64,000 nucleotides of DNA from a virus: positions 1 to 64,000 of IMG/VR virus record IMGVR_UViG_3300035670_000058; one strand, given 5' to 3'. The translations under genes were made by a program, and so were the position numbers. Below the pieces are notes generated by a model. It was not told where the DNA came from and did no database searches. It saw only the letters and a program-made list of their open reading frames with translations. Below are positions 7,456-17,057 of the stretch, in pieces; position 1 is the first letter of the stretch; each line of letters starts with the position of its first letter.

Positions 7456-7457
7456 AT

Positions 7458-7541
7458 GGACTAGGTGAGCATGTTTGGTGCGCTCAGTTGACTGTAAATC
7501 AACCACATCACTTGTAGGTTCGAATCCTATCTAGTCCACCA
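7458..7541 (+). tRNA. trnY: tRNA-Tyr(GUA)
   Basis: GGACTAG/CTAGTCC, GTTGA-CT-GTA-AA-TCAAC, ~10-nt variable region, ACCA. Confidence 0.9.
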
Positions 7542-7545
7542 TCGT

Positions 7546-7622
7546 TGCGGGCGGAGGGTAAGGTATCCTAACTGTCTCATAAGCAGCCATAAATTGGGTT
7601 CGATTCCCAAGCTTCGCAACCA
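7546..7622 (+). tRNA. trnM: tRNA with CAU anticodon (Met; subtype uncertain)
   Basis: Loop CT-CAT-AA; TTGGG-TTCGATT-CCCAA T arm; ACCA; irregular acceptor stem. Confidence 0.8.
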
Positions 7623-7639
7623 ATATTAAAGGATAGGGA

Positions 7640-7673
7640 AAGGAGTAGCCTTCGGGCTGCTCCTTATTTTTTT
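7640..7673 (+). terminator. intrinsic terminator of the tRNA operon
   Basis: AAGGAGTAGCC-TTCG-GGCTGCTCCTT followed by a T run. Confidence 0.85.
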
Positions 7674-7689
7674 GTGTTTGAGGTTTATT

Positions 7690-8334
7690 ATGTACGAAAT
7701 TGATCCTAAATATCAAGGTAAGATTAACCGGATGCGCAATCTTGCGATGTTCAAGGGCAAAACTGACCTTGAAATCCTAGAGCATATCTTGCGTAAAGAG
7801 GGCGAGAAGCGTGTTAAGGAGGTTCCTGTAAAGGAGGATTCTCTTTCTTATAATGCCCGCTACAAGCGATTGTTTGATCGCTTCCAAACTGAATATGGCG
7901 TGGACATGAATGAGTCCAACGATACCGAGGCATTGAAGTTGCTAGTGAAGCATACGCTTCAGTTAGAGACACTTGACAAGCAGATACAAAATCTTCAAGA
8001 GTTACCGCACATGACAAATGAGGATACCCGCACTCTGAAGAACCTAGCCGACGTGCAGCGCAGCCTTGTGACCAGCGTTACAGAGTTGCAGGATCGCCTT
8101 GGTATCTCGCGCAAGGCGCGTAAAGAAAAGCAAGTCGATGACGTTCCCCAATTTATTGAAAGCCTTAAGACTAAGGCGGCTGAATTCTGGGATCGCAAAA
8201 CCGTTCAAATCAGATGTGAGAAATGCCAAATTGAATTAGCTCGTTATTGGCTTAACTTCCCCAAGCGCCCATTGAGCATTAAGGTTGAACTTGAATGTGA
8301 GCGTTGTGAGGAGAAAGTGATTTATGTTAGATAG
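7690..8334 (+). CDS. probable terminase small subunit
   Basis: Lies directly upstream of and overlaps TerL; helical/coiled core with LGISRKAR; C-terminal CxxC..CxxC; ATG 7690 after GAGG. Confidence 0.55.
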   Translation: MYEIDPKYQGKINRMRNLAMFKGKTDLEILEHILRKEGEKRVKEVPVKEDSLSYNARYKRLFDRFQTEYGVDMNESNDTEALKLLVKHTLQLETLDKQIQNLQELPHMTNEDTRTLKNLADVQRSLVTSVTELQDRLGISRKARKEKQVDDVPQFIESLKTKAAEFWDRKTVQIRCEKCQIELARYWLNFPKRPLSIKVELECERCEEKVIYVR

Positions 8335-9928
8335 CGCACTTGACGAAAGAGACTGGGCACTTCTGCAAGTAATTCAGAACCCTGTTCTCTTTCGTGAATT
8401 CATCAATGAGGATGATCCTAACTGGCAACCGCTAGAGCCTCATGAAAGAGCGTGGACAAGCAGTACCGCTCAATACCTATCCATGTGTTGTGGCCGAGGT
8501 GTCCGCAAGACAACAGCAATGATTGAATTGCTCTATTACTGGGTTATAAATAAAATGTATATACCCGGTGATCCTGGCCTATTGGTATATGTGCCAAACA
8601 AAGCACAGAAGGATGCCATCTTCCCCCGTGTACGACAAGCATGTGAACAGCACTGGCTGATTAAATTCCTTGTCAATTCCAATAAGATCAATGTTCAGGA
8701 AGGTCGTATTGAATTCCATAATGGTTTTACATTCATCCTGAGAATCGCCGGTAGCGAGGGCAAAGAGTCTAACGTTATCTCTATCCACACAAGCCGCATA
8801 TGGGTTGACGAGGCTCAATCTTTCCCGTGGCTTGCATGGAAGTCTCTAGGTAATGTTTTGAAGTTTGATATTCCTGGACACATGATGTGGGTATCAGGCG
8901 TTCCAAATGGAGAGCGCAAGGATAATGTTCTCTATACCTGTGATCAATTAGACGATAAATATATCTCATTTAATATCCCACAGAATAAAATGAGTTGGTG
9001 GAGTCCCGATCTTGAGTATCAACGACGCAAGGAATACAACGCGCTACTGGAGGACTCAGAGGATTACAAGCACTTCGTTCTAGGGCAACATGGAGTACCA
9101 ACGTATTCTATCTTTGACCGGGTACGGTTTAAGATCGAAGACTATGAGATATTCAAGGTTGTCCTAGCGCAGCACAACTTCGACAATACCAAGCGATTCG
9201 ATACCGATGGTGTTCTTCGCTATCACATAAATGAGGTTGCTGTGCCTCCTCCTGTGCCCTACGACGGCGGTGTAAAGCCTCTGCTGGGTTTGGGCTACGA
9301 CGTTGGCTATTCACCTGACCCTGCGGTTTTCTTTGTAATGTATCAAGACAAATACGGGCAGTGGAAATGCCTTGCCCGGTTTGTACTACAACGTGTAGAG
9401 TATGCATTACAGAGGGAGTTTATGGCATATCTTGATACGATCTATCAATTCGATTTCTTAGGAATCGATATGGGAGGGCCAGGCAAAGTCCAGTATCAGG
9501 ATTTGGCAGGAGAACTCACAGATTTCAAAAGTTACAAGTATCTGGAACGACTGTTCCCCGTAGAATTCGGTTCCTATATGGTCGTGGCTGTAGACGAAGA
9601 TGGTGTGGAAAAGAAAGACCAGACCAAGAGAGTTTCAGTTGAGACACTATCGCGCTGGGTACATGAGCATCGGTTTGTATTCTCTAAAGAGGATACTGAT
9701 CTTATGGATGAACTGGAGCGCACTAAATTCACTCGGACAATGACTGGTGAGCCTGTCTATAAGACAGATGACGATCACCAGATGGCGGCAATGATGTGTG
9801 CCATCATGGCATATGAGCATAAGTTTGGACCGCCTGTTGTTATTGAGCGACCAGAAATAAAACCAAAGTTAATTAGAGCCGGCTGGCTAGATACCACAAG
9901 AGAGGGAATAGGAGCATATGGCAGATAA
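8324..9928 (+). CDS. terL: terminase large subunit
   Basis: Walker A-like CGRGVRKTT, Walker B IWVDEAQ, RNase H-like GLGYDVG..PD, GIDMGG, C-terminal DDH. Confidence 0.9.
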   Translation: MLDSALDERDWALLQVIQNPVLFREFINEDDPNWQPLEPHERAWTSSTAQYLSMCCGRGVRKTTAMIELLYYWVINKMYIPGDPGLLVYVPNKAQKDAIFPRVRQACEQHWLIKFLVNSNKINVQEGRIEFHNGFTFILRIAGSEGKESNVISIHTSRIWVDEAQSFPWLAWKSLGNVLKFDIPGHMMWVSGVPNGERKDNVLYTCDQLDDKYISFNIPQNKMSWWSPDLEYQRRKEYNALLEDSEDYKHFVLGQHGVPTYSIFDRVRFKIEDYEIFKVVLAQHNFDNTKRFDTDGVLRYHINEVAVPPPVPYDGGVKPLLGLGYDVGYSPDPAVFFVMYQDKYGQWKCLARFVLQRVEYALQREFMAYLDTIYQFDFLGIDMGGPGKVQYQDLAGELTDFKSYKYLERLFPVEFGSYMVVAVDEDGVEKKDQTKRVSVETLSRWVHEHRFVFSKEDTDLMDELERTKFTRTMTGEPVYKTDDDHQMAAMMCAIMAYEHKFGPPVVIERPEIKPKLIRAGWLDTTREGIGAYGR

Positions 9929-11603
9929 TTTTAAACTAGCAAAGTCCTCAGTATATGAAGGACCCGCTCCATTTGGGGAGGGCTACGGTACATTCATGAT
10001 GCCCTATGCCAATTCTGCGGACTCCTATTACAGAGCACTTGGCTTGACACCAGAGAAACTGGTTGTCCCTAAAGAATACCATGAAGTATTACAACTTGTA
10101 TATGATTTCTACCAGCGTGGCGGTATCATCGCCACCGTTGTCAACAGGCTAGCGGAGTTGTCTGTTACCGAGATTCGGAACGGGCAGCGCAAAACCACTG
10201 ACGAGCAGAACGCTTACTTTGATGCCGTTCTGCATAGAACCCCCTCGCGTTTGATGCGCTTCTTGCGAACATGCGCGCTGGAGTATTATTTGTCAGGTCT
10301 AGTGATTCCCAAGATTGAATATGAAAGTGTTATGGGCCGTGATCTGCACCCAAAGCTTACTCCAACTAAAGAATATATAGTTCCCAAGTTTGACCTATAT
10401 CCACCCAATCTGGTGTGGGTTGTATGGGCTGGTTGGGGGGAGAAGGAATACTACCTCAAAATACCTGAGGCCGATGTACGGTTGATACGCAACGGTGGAA
10501 GTCGAGTCAAAGAGCAGCAATTGAAGTATCAGACATATCAGCAGTTTTATCCATCTCTGGTTGAAACTGTGAAGAATGGAGCAGATAAAATACTTCTCAA
10601 GGATATTGATCCAATTTTGCGCAAAGAGATTTCATACTCTCCCTATCCCGTCCCATATCTTTACAACGTCTTGGAGCCATTGATATTCAAGCAGCAACTA
10701 CGAAGAATGGACTTTGCAGTAGCCTCTAGAGTCATCAATGCTATTCTGCTGGTAAAGGAAGGTAATGATAACTACCCCATAACTGAGGAGACTCGCGCTA
10801 ACCTCGATGAATTAAAGGTTCAGATATTGGCACGATCAAATAATCCAAAGTTAATGGAGCGGCTATTCATACTATTCTCTAACCATACGACTACGTTAGA
10901 GTGGATTACTCCTGATGTCTCAGCGATGCTGGATCAGGACAAGTATCGACAGGCTAATGAGGAATTATCAGAAGGCTTGGGATTCGCACGTATTTTGGTA
11001 ACAGGTGAAAGCAGAGGGACAGGAACAGCGTCGGAGGTTTCTACTTGGGCCATTCAACCAATGATGGAAGAATTGCGGTCTAATCTTAAAGAATGGATTA
11101 CAACATTATACGAAGAACTTTCTGAGTTGAATAGATTTAGAAACACTCCAGCACCAATGTTCAAGCCCATACGTCTTCAGGATTTTGTCAAGACTGCCGC
11201 AGTATTCTCACAGTTGTTTACCGAAGGAAATCTTTCACGGACAACACGCAACGAGTTGGTGGGAACTGATTTTGAAACAGAAGTTGAACTTATGCGCGAT
11301 GAGTTGGAATTGATGGACGGACTACCTCAATTCCCAGCCATGCCTTACAGCCCACAGCCAGCCATAACAGGCGGGCCGGGTGCAACGGGCAAACCGGGAA
11401 GACCGTTGGGAAGTCAAAACGTTCCTATAAATAATAGGAACACGGGCGTAAAGCCGCGTAATCAAAAGCCTTTATCAAAGGTTAAGCAAGCAGACATGAC
11501 TGATGATGAATTAGTTGAAGCATTGATTGCCCTTGCAGAAGAGCGGGGCATAATTATCGATACAAAGATTATCGAGGAAACACCGGATTTGATGAATGAA
11601 TAA
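9918..11603 (+). CDS. portal protein
   Basis: Follows TerL; 561 aa; helical portal-like character; Pro/Gly-rich C-terminal tail with GRP. Confidence 0.8.
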   Translation: MADNFKLAKSSVYEGPAPFGEGYGTFMMPYANSADSYYRALGLTPEKLVVPKEYHEVLQLVYDFYQRGGIIATVVNRLAELSVTEIRNGQRKTTDEQNAYFDAVLHRTPSRLMRFLRTCALEYYLSGLVIPKIEYESVMGRDLHPKLTPTKEYIVPKFDLYPPNLVWVVWAGWGEKEYYLKIPEADVRLIRNGGSRVKEQQLKYQTYQQFYPSLVETVKNGADKILLKDIDPILRKEISYSPYPVPYLYNVLEPLIFKQQLRRMDFAVASRVINAILLVKEGNDNYPITEETRANLDELKVQILARSNNPKLMERLFILFSNHTTTLEWITPDVSAMLDQDKYRQANEELSEGLGFARILVTGESRGTGTASEVSTWAIQPMMEELRSNLKEWITTLYEELSELNRFRNTPAPMFKPIRLQDFVKTAAVFSQLFTEGNLSRTTRNELVGTDFETEVELMRDELELMDGLPQFPAMPYSPQPAITGGPGATGKPGRPLGSQNVPINNRNTGVKPRNQKPLSKVKQADMTDDELVEALIALAEERGIIIDTKIIEETPDLMNE

Positions 11604-11862
11604 TTACAAGATAGTAGCAGTTTTATGGGAAGATCATATTTATGTTGACAGGGATAAGATTCCTAGAACCCCCGATGAAGAGATAATGACTACACTCTCG
11701 GTCGGAATTCTTTACCAAGAGACTCCAAAAGCAATCACCCTTGTCAACTCCGTTGAACGGTATGATGATCGTGATGATGCTTCCTATACAATTATTTTGA
11801 GATCAACAATCCAAGCGATCCAAGAATATGGAGAGATAGAATTATATAGTTTAAGAGAGTGA
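11596..11862 (+). CDS. small hypothetical protein (W.D...GIL motif, Sm-like fold possible)
   Basis: VLWEDH...SVGILYQE; coupled to the portal gene. Confidence 0.6.
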   Translation: MNNYKIVAVLWEDHIYVDRDKIPRTPDEEIMTTLSVGILYQETPKAITLVNSVERYDDRDDASYTIILRSTIQAIQEYGEIELYSLRE

Positions 11863-11868
11863 TTAAAT

Positions 11869-12192
11869 ATGAGTGATACTATTACTGTCGCACTAATTAG
11901 TGCATTAGGCGCTCTAATCGTTTCATTCATTGGTGTATTTGTCGCTAAAACATATAAGATTGGTCCCAACCAGGATAAACTCGTGCAGACATTAAAGGAT
12001 TTATTAGCGATTCAGGATAAAAAAATTGAAGAACTTCAAAATATGATAGAGCAAAATCAGAAAGAGATTCTTGATAGCCGCAATAAGATTGTTCAATTAA
12101 CAACTGAACTGGAAAGTTTAAAAGATTTAACTGTGAGTCAAGCCCTATTGATTACCGACTTGCAGCGACAGTTGGGTGGTAAGCGTGGATGA
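11869..12192 (+). CDS. membrane protein with N-terminal TM helix and coiled coil (holin-like)
   Basis: ITVALISALGALIVSFIGVFVA followed by a heptad-rich region. Confidence 0.6.
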   Translation: MSDTITVALISALGALIVSFIGVFVAKTYKIGPNQDKLVQTLKDLLAIQDKKIEELQNMIEQNQKEILDSRNKIVQLTTELESLKDLTVSQALLITDLQRQLGGKRG

Positions 12193-12484
12193 TTTTATAT
12201 ATGTTGTACACTTAGAAACAATAATTCCAGCACTGTTTGCTGGATTTCTTACAGGGGTAACACTCTTTACTACGTTTAAACTTAGTGTGCAGCATTACTA
12301 TTTGCTGGCACTGGTACAACTGATCTTTGGAGTAGTCGGGATAACCACCCGCTATCTTGAGAATGCTGAGTTTGGGCGCTTTGCGGGTGTAATCTTTTTA
12401 TACTACATTTTCCTAGGTAGCGCGATTTTAGGACAGAAATTATACGCTAAAATAAAAACAGCGCCCTATTTATCAAATAAATGA
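12176..12484 (+). CDS. 3-TM membrane protein
   Basis: Three hydrophobic segments and a basic C-terminus. Confidence 0.6.
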   Translation: MVSVDDFIYVVHLETIIPALFAGFLTGVTLFTTFKLSVQHYYLLALVQLIFGVVGITTRYLENAEFGRFAGVIFLYYIFLGSAILGQKLYAKIKTAPYLSNK

Positions 12485-12495
12485 AGTTTCTATAA

Positions 12496-13662
12496 ATGGA
12501 AGTAGAACCCGAAGGGGGTGAATTGATGGATAAAGCACAGTTTGAATCAACTATCGCAGAAATTATAGATGTTCCTACCGATGATTTTGAGCATCCCTTT
12601 TTAACAAAAGTCAAGTTTATTTTTACGGACGATAGAGGGAATGCAAACAAGCAGGGAATCGAATTAGAAGATTTTGATTCGGTTGCGAAGAGTTCTATTA
12701 ATATGCCCCTAAAGATTCGCTACACCCATGCCGGTGCAGGAGGTCATGACTTTTCAATTCCGATTGGACATATAACTCGTATGTATCAGGAAACAACTGA
12801 GGCTGGGGTAGCAGAATTAATTGGTGAGGGTGTTCTTTACAAAGAAGAATATCCCGATGAGGTTGCCTATCTAAAGCAAACTCATGAAGCGGGCAAGGCT
12901 CCCGGTATTTCTTGGGAGTTGTCTTATCAGGATTCTGTCACCAAAGCAGGAGTTGACTGGCTTAAAGGTGTTGTAACCAGAGCCGCAACTTTCGTCAAGT
13001 TTCCTGCATACGGTAACCGCACAGGACTATTGGCAATAGCGCAGAGTAATATCTACTCTATCACTGAAAGTCAGATGATGGATACCGAGTTTATGGATGA
13101 GTTGAAGGAAATCGTAGATGAATTAAACGCATTAGTACAGGGAAAGCCAGAAACCGAAGACGAGGAAGATCACCAGAATGATCTCCTAATGGGTGGCGCA
13201 TCTCAAAACACGGGAGGTAACGAAGTGGACGAATTACAGAAGGCTCAAGCAGAGTTGGAGGCTGCGCTTGCCAAGGTTGCAGAATTAACTGCACAACTTG
13301 ACACAGCACAGACAACAATTACTGACTTGACAACAGAGAATGAGGGATACAAGCGAAATGCTCTCGTTGCAGAGCGAACCGCGAAGATCGTAGAAGCCGG
13401 AATCAAGATTGAGTCCGATCAGGAGAAGTTGGCGCAGAAGCAGGAACTATGGTTGGCTATGTCACCAGAAATTTTTGAGGCTTACGTCACAGATTTGGCA
13501 GAGGCTTCAAAGCCTACACAGACTGCTCCTAAGGATAAGGCCGCTGCTTCTAGCAAGGAAGGTCTACCAAAGTTTACTGCGGTAGCAGGACAGGAGAAGA
13601 CACTAGACGATTTGAAGGCAGTCGGAAGACTAGCTTCAAGAGGAATAGCAGCAGATATATAA
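12496..13662 (+). CDS. prohead protease fused to a C-terminal scaffold
   Basis: GHDFSIPIGHI and PGISWEL (His/Ser), PAY motif; C-terminal coiled coil; lies between portal and capsid. Start may be 12523/12526. Confidence 0.8.
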   Translation: MEVEPEGGELMDKAQFESTIAEIIDVPTDDFEHPFLTKVKFIFTDDRGNANKQGIELEDFDSVAKSSINMPLKIRYTHAGAGGHDFSIPIGHITRMYQETTEAGVAELIGEGVLYKEEYPDEVAYLKQTHEAGKAPGISWELSYQDSVTKAGVDWLKGVVTRAATFVKFPAYGNRTGLLAIAQSNIYSITESQMMDTEFMDELKEIVDELNALVQGKPETEDEEDHQNDLLMGGASQNTGGNEVDELQKAQAELEAALAKVAELTAQLDTAQTTITDLTTENEGYKRNALVAERTAKIVEAGIKIESDQEKLAQKQELWLAMSPEIFEAYVTDLAEASKPTQTAPKDKAAASSKEGLPKFTAVAGQEKTLDDLKAVGRLASRGIAADI

Positions 13663-13683
13663 AAAAGGAGGTAGGCACGTAGC

Positions 13684-14322
13684 ATGGCTGACGCAATTAA
13701 CACTGGTAATCCAGTTGATACTACACAATTCATCGTAAACAAGTACGATGATATTGATGGCGCTCGACTAAACCAAGACACAGGAAGAGGAAGATTTGCA
13801 TTCCGAGATACTAACGGACGCATGACACTTCCCCGAACACTTACAGAGGCCAAGTTGGCAGTATTCCCTGTCGATTGGCCCAAGCCACTTAACCCCGGTC
13901 CTTATTTCACAGGACCTGGCCTTAATGGCACAACAGTAAACGTTTGGAATGATGGATCACTTGGCGCACAGGAAACTGATTTTGAACTCGATCCAGATGC
14001 TGCTTATGTAGCAAACTGGCCGACAGGCATAACTCAGTACGATATTCCTTTGATGTTCTATGGACTTCCAATGGCATCAGGAAACAAGGCTCTTGTATTT
14101 GACGGTGGAACATTCACCTTCGGATCAGGCGCATACGCTGGCGTTTCATCTGACTATAACATCGGATCAAAGGTTTATGCAGATTACGCTTTAGGCAACG
14201 AAGGAAAGTTGACAGTTTCTGGAGCAGTAGCAGGAAACACCGTAGTCGGTGTTGTTGTTGACAAGGGAACATTCGGAATAAACACAATCACTGTTAAGCT
14301 CAAGGGCTTAGCAGCACTTTAA
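13684..14322 (+). CDS. capsid decoration/cement protein
   Basis: RBS AAGGAGGT; lies before the major capsid gene; C-terminal GxxVY...GKLT...VGVV pattern. Confidence 0.65.
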   Translation: MADAINTGNPVDTTQFIVNKYDDIDGARLNQDTGRGRFAFRDTNGRMTLPRTLTEAKLAVFPVDWPKPLNPGPYFTGPGLNGTTVNVWNDGSLGAQETDFELDPDAAYVANWPTGITQYDIPLMFYGLPMASGNKALVFDGGTFTFGSGAYAGVSSDYNIGSKVYADYALGNEGKLTVSGAVAGNTVVGVVVDKGTFGINTITVKLKGLAAL

Positions 14323-14355
14323 GCTGAGTACGTATAAAGGAGGCGAAATAGTAGA

Positions 14356-15363
14356 ATGACAGTAAGATTAGACCCAAATATAACTCCTGAATACCGAAAG
14401 GCAGTTGCGGAGTTAGCGAAGACTGACCGAAGCGCACTTGCGGAAGTTATTACAGAGTATGTTGACCCCGTATATCTAACTCTTGATCTCGCGGGCACAT
14501 TTATGAGTACCCGAGAGATGAATTTCGGTGACATTCTTGTTAAGAGATTCAAGGGAAAGTACAACGTTCAACAGATCGTTCCCGGTCAGATTACTCTTGG
14601 TCAACAGATCACAGTCAAGGATAAGGCGGTTTCTTATAACCTAGATATCCTTGCTGCAAAGGCTGAGTACAACACACTTGAACTTCAGCATGGTGGCCCA
14701 GCGTTCACACCGGAAACAGTACGAGCCGACATCAAGAAGGCTCTTGACGAAAAGATTCTCATGCGCTCATGGAATGCGCTTGCAAATATCTGGACTGCTG
14801 GCAATGCTTCTGCATTGACAATTCCGGGTGCAACATATTCCAACTTCATTGACGCATCTGGTCCCTTGACATCAACTGCTCTTGACAATGCTATCGACCA
14901 TGTTAATTACTGGGCTGGTAGTGTTAAGGCTATTATCGGAACAGAGGGCGCTCTTGCACCACTCTCAACATTTGGACAGTACACAATGATTGGCCCAGGA
15001 ACAGAGAAGCACTATGTGACTACTGATGGGCGACCAGCCGGTACTTTCCAGAATACTTCACCATTTGGCAATGGATCAAAGGCTGTAGAGGCTTATCGCG
15101 GAGTAACAAATATTGTCAGAGTCAAGCAGATTTTTGACAACAGTGTATTCCCGCCAAAGCCACTTCTTCCTTCGGACTTCGTTCTTGTCGTAGGTGACAA
15201 CATTGGTGAATTCATTACCTATGGTGGACCACAGGTTAAGGAGTACGTGGACAACAGACCAACTCCTCCGTACTGGAACTATGAGACATGGCTACAGTTT
15301 GGTATGATGGTTTGGAATGCTCGCGGCATTGTAAAGATTGCTTGTACATCAACTGTCCCGTGA
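14356..15363 (+). CDS. major capsid protein (HK97 fold)
   Basis: 335 aa; strong RBS; position in the head module; ends with a G..VWNARGIVKI-type terminus; followed by a terminator. Confidence 0.85.
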   Translation: MTVRLDPNITPEYRKAVAELAKTDRSALAEVITEYVDPVYLTLDLAGTFMSTREMNFGDILVKRFKGKYNVQQIVPGQITLGQQITVKDKAVSYNLDILAAKAEYNTLELQHGGPAFTPETVRADIKKALDEKILMRSWNALANIWTAGNASALTIPGATYSNFIDASGPLTSTALDNAIDHVNYWAGSVKAIIGTEGALAPLSTFGQYTMIGPGTEKHYVTTDGRPAGTFQNTSPFGNGSKAVEAYRGVTNIVRVKQIFDNSVFPPKPLLPSDFVLVVGDNIGEFITYGGPQVKEYVDNRPTPPYWNYETWLQFGMMVWNARGIVKIACTSTVP

Positions 15364-15392
15364 TCGTGAATAGTTGAGTATTAGATAGATGT

Positions 15393-15438
15393 GGGCCATC
15401 TTCGGTCGTTGTTGGCCGGGGATGGCCCCTTCTTTTTT
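15393..15438 (+). terminator. intrinsic terminator after the capsid gene
   Basis: GGGCCATC...GATGGCCC stem followed by a T run. Confidence 0.8.
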
Positions 15439-15471
15439 ATTAGGGTGTTATAATAACACGGAGGATTAGAT

Positions 15472-15933
15472 ATGGTAACGGAATGGGTGTATTTTAAGAA
15501 GAATGTTAAATTCAATGTTGGGGTGCGGTATCATCTACGTGATGCTGACGGTCTTGTACTTAGCGAGGCTAACCCGTATGTAAACATTGATAAAAACTAT
15601 CTGCGGGATTTCTTGACTGCAAATAAGAGCGCGATTGAGAAGGGCTTGATTGTCCAAGTAGACGAGCCAGTCCTTACATTTGAAAGTCAGAACGCAATCT
15701 CTGACGAAGAAGCGGAGACAATAGTCAAGAATCTATTCACACTTAAAAAGCGTCTACCTGAGATCACTTCAGAGGCTGCGCTTGGTAAGTTATACGAGGC
15801 AGCAAAGCGTCAGAAGCGGGCACCGAAGATCATTGAAATGATTGAGAATCGACTTATGGAAATCTCTCCGTCAACAATGATGGGAGAGGCGTGGGATTTA
15901 CGAGGGGACGAAAACAACGAAGAAGGTGAATAA
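15472..15933 (+). CDS. hypothetical head-module protein
   Basis: RBS GGAGG; position after the capsid gene. Confidence 0.7.
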   Translation: MVTEWVYFKKNVKFNVGVRYHLRDADGLVLSEANPYVNIDKNYLRDFLTANKSAIEKGLIVQVDEPVLTFESQNAISDEEAETIVKNLFTLKKRLPEITSEAALGKLYEAAKRQKRAPKIIEMIENRLMEISPSTMMGEAWDLRGDENNEEGE

Positions 15934-15935
15934 TA

Positions 15936-16379
15936 TTGAATATGCTAGATTTGGTCCCAGCAATGCGGAGACATATTCACAACTATATTGAAACTGATGA
16001 AACAGATTCCGAGTTAGCAGCATTTCTAGCGGATGGGGTAGAAGCGCTACAGTTTAGATGGGATCGAACATACGTCATTACGCATATTCCACCTATGACG
16101 TTCACCGTGGAGCCTGTGATTGCATCAAAGGATAAGCGCCCTATTGTACTGATGGCTTCCATCATCTACAAGATGGGTAGATTGCAACTCTCTGGCTTTA
16201 CTGATGGAGATTTCTCCTACGATCCACAGCAGGGTCGTCAGAACCCTATCCAAATGGACATCGAAGAATTGGCGAGGTTCTTGCCAATCTATCGACTAGC
16301 AAAGGGCACAACCGCCCCAATGAGAGGCTACAACAATGTGTTGAATCCAGAATCATACAGGTGGTTGGCGCTACTCTAA
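15936..16379 (+). CDS. head-tail adaptor-like protein
   Basis: Size and position; TDSELAAFL helix; FTDGDFSYD hairpin. Confidence 0.6.
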   Translation: MNMLDLVPAMRRHIHNYIETDETDSELAAFLADGVEALQFRWDRTYVITHIPPMTFTVEPVIASKDKRPIVLMASIIYKMGRLQLSGFTDGDFSYDPQQGRQNPIQMDIEELARFLPIYRLAKGTTAPMRGYNNVLNPESYRWLALL

Positions 16380-16388
16380 GGAGAAGGA

Positions 16389-17045
16389 ATGGTTGATGTA
16401 ACAATTATAGTCCCCACATATTTTGGGGGCAACATGCTATATAATTGTATAGACAGCATACACAAGGCAGTGACAAACCCCAAGATACTAGTATATAAAA
16501 ATGACATCGGTTGGCTTAAAGCATGCAATGAGGCCATGCAGTCAGTGACTGGCGATGTCATTTTGCTTAACGATGATACATTTGTGTTAACAGATATTAT
16601 TGCAGAGATGAGTAATCTGGCCTACTCCAAAGATGAGATAGGTATCGTGGGTGGAAAAGCCCTGTCTGCTGCAAATCCAGACACAATTATCAATTACGGT
16701 ATCTATGTGGGAGTGGATGGCAATACTGCTCACAAACATTTCGGTAGACCACGCGATTCTGTAGGAATAGAAACACAGAAGGCTGTCGAGGGTTCATGTA
16801 TCTATATCAAACGAGCGGTGCTTGATGAGGTTGGATACTTTGATGAAGCCTTTGGAATGGGCTACCGCGAGGAGGTTGATCACCAGTTTCGCGCAAGAGA
16901 AGCGGGTTGGAAGGTTGTCTCCTGTCCAACCGCTGAGTATATACATTATGTATCTCAGACACATAGCAAAGTTGGAATCAACAACGATAAGTACACATAT
17001 TTTATGGAAAAATGGGGAAAGAAATTAAAGTTAGGGATTGTATAG
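16389..17045 (+). CDS. glycosyltransferase family 2 (GT-A)
   Basis: VTIIVPTY, ACNEAM, VILLNDDT, VGYFDEAF..GYREEVD. Confidence 0.92.
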   Translation: MVDVTIIVPTYFGGNMLYNCIDSIHKAVTNPKILVYKNDIGWLKACNEAMQSVTGDVILLNDDTFVLTDIIAEMSNLAYSKDEIGIVGGKALSAANPDTIINYGIYVGVDGNTAHKHFGRPRDSVGIETQKAVEGSCIYIKRAVLDEVGYFDEAFGMGYREEVDHQFRAREAGWKVVSCPTAEYIHYVSQTHSKVGINNDKYTYFMEKWGKKLKLGIV

Positions 17046-17057
17046 AAGGAGAAGGAA

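Noticed and set aside
3649-7622. Stop-codon recoding or suppressor tRNAs
   Set aside because: The UAA and UAG anticodons read Leu codons UUA and CUA. There are no CUA/UUA/UCA anticodons, and genes are intact and end normally in TAA, TAG or TGA.
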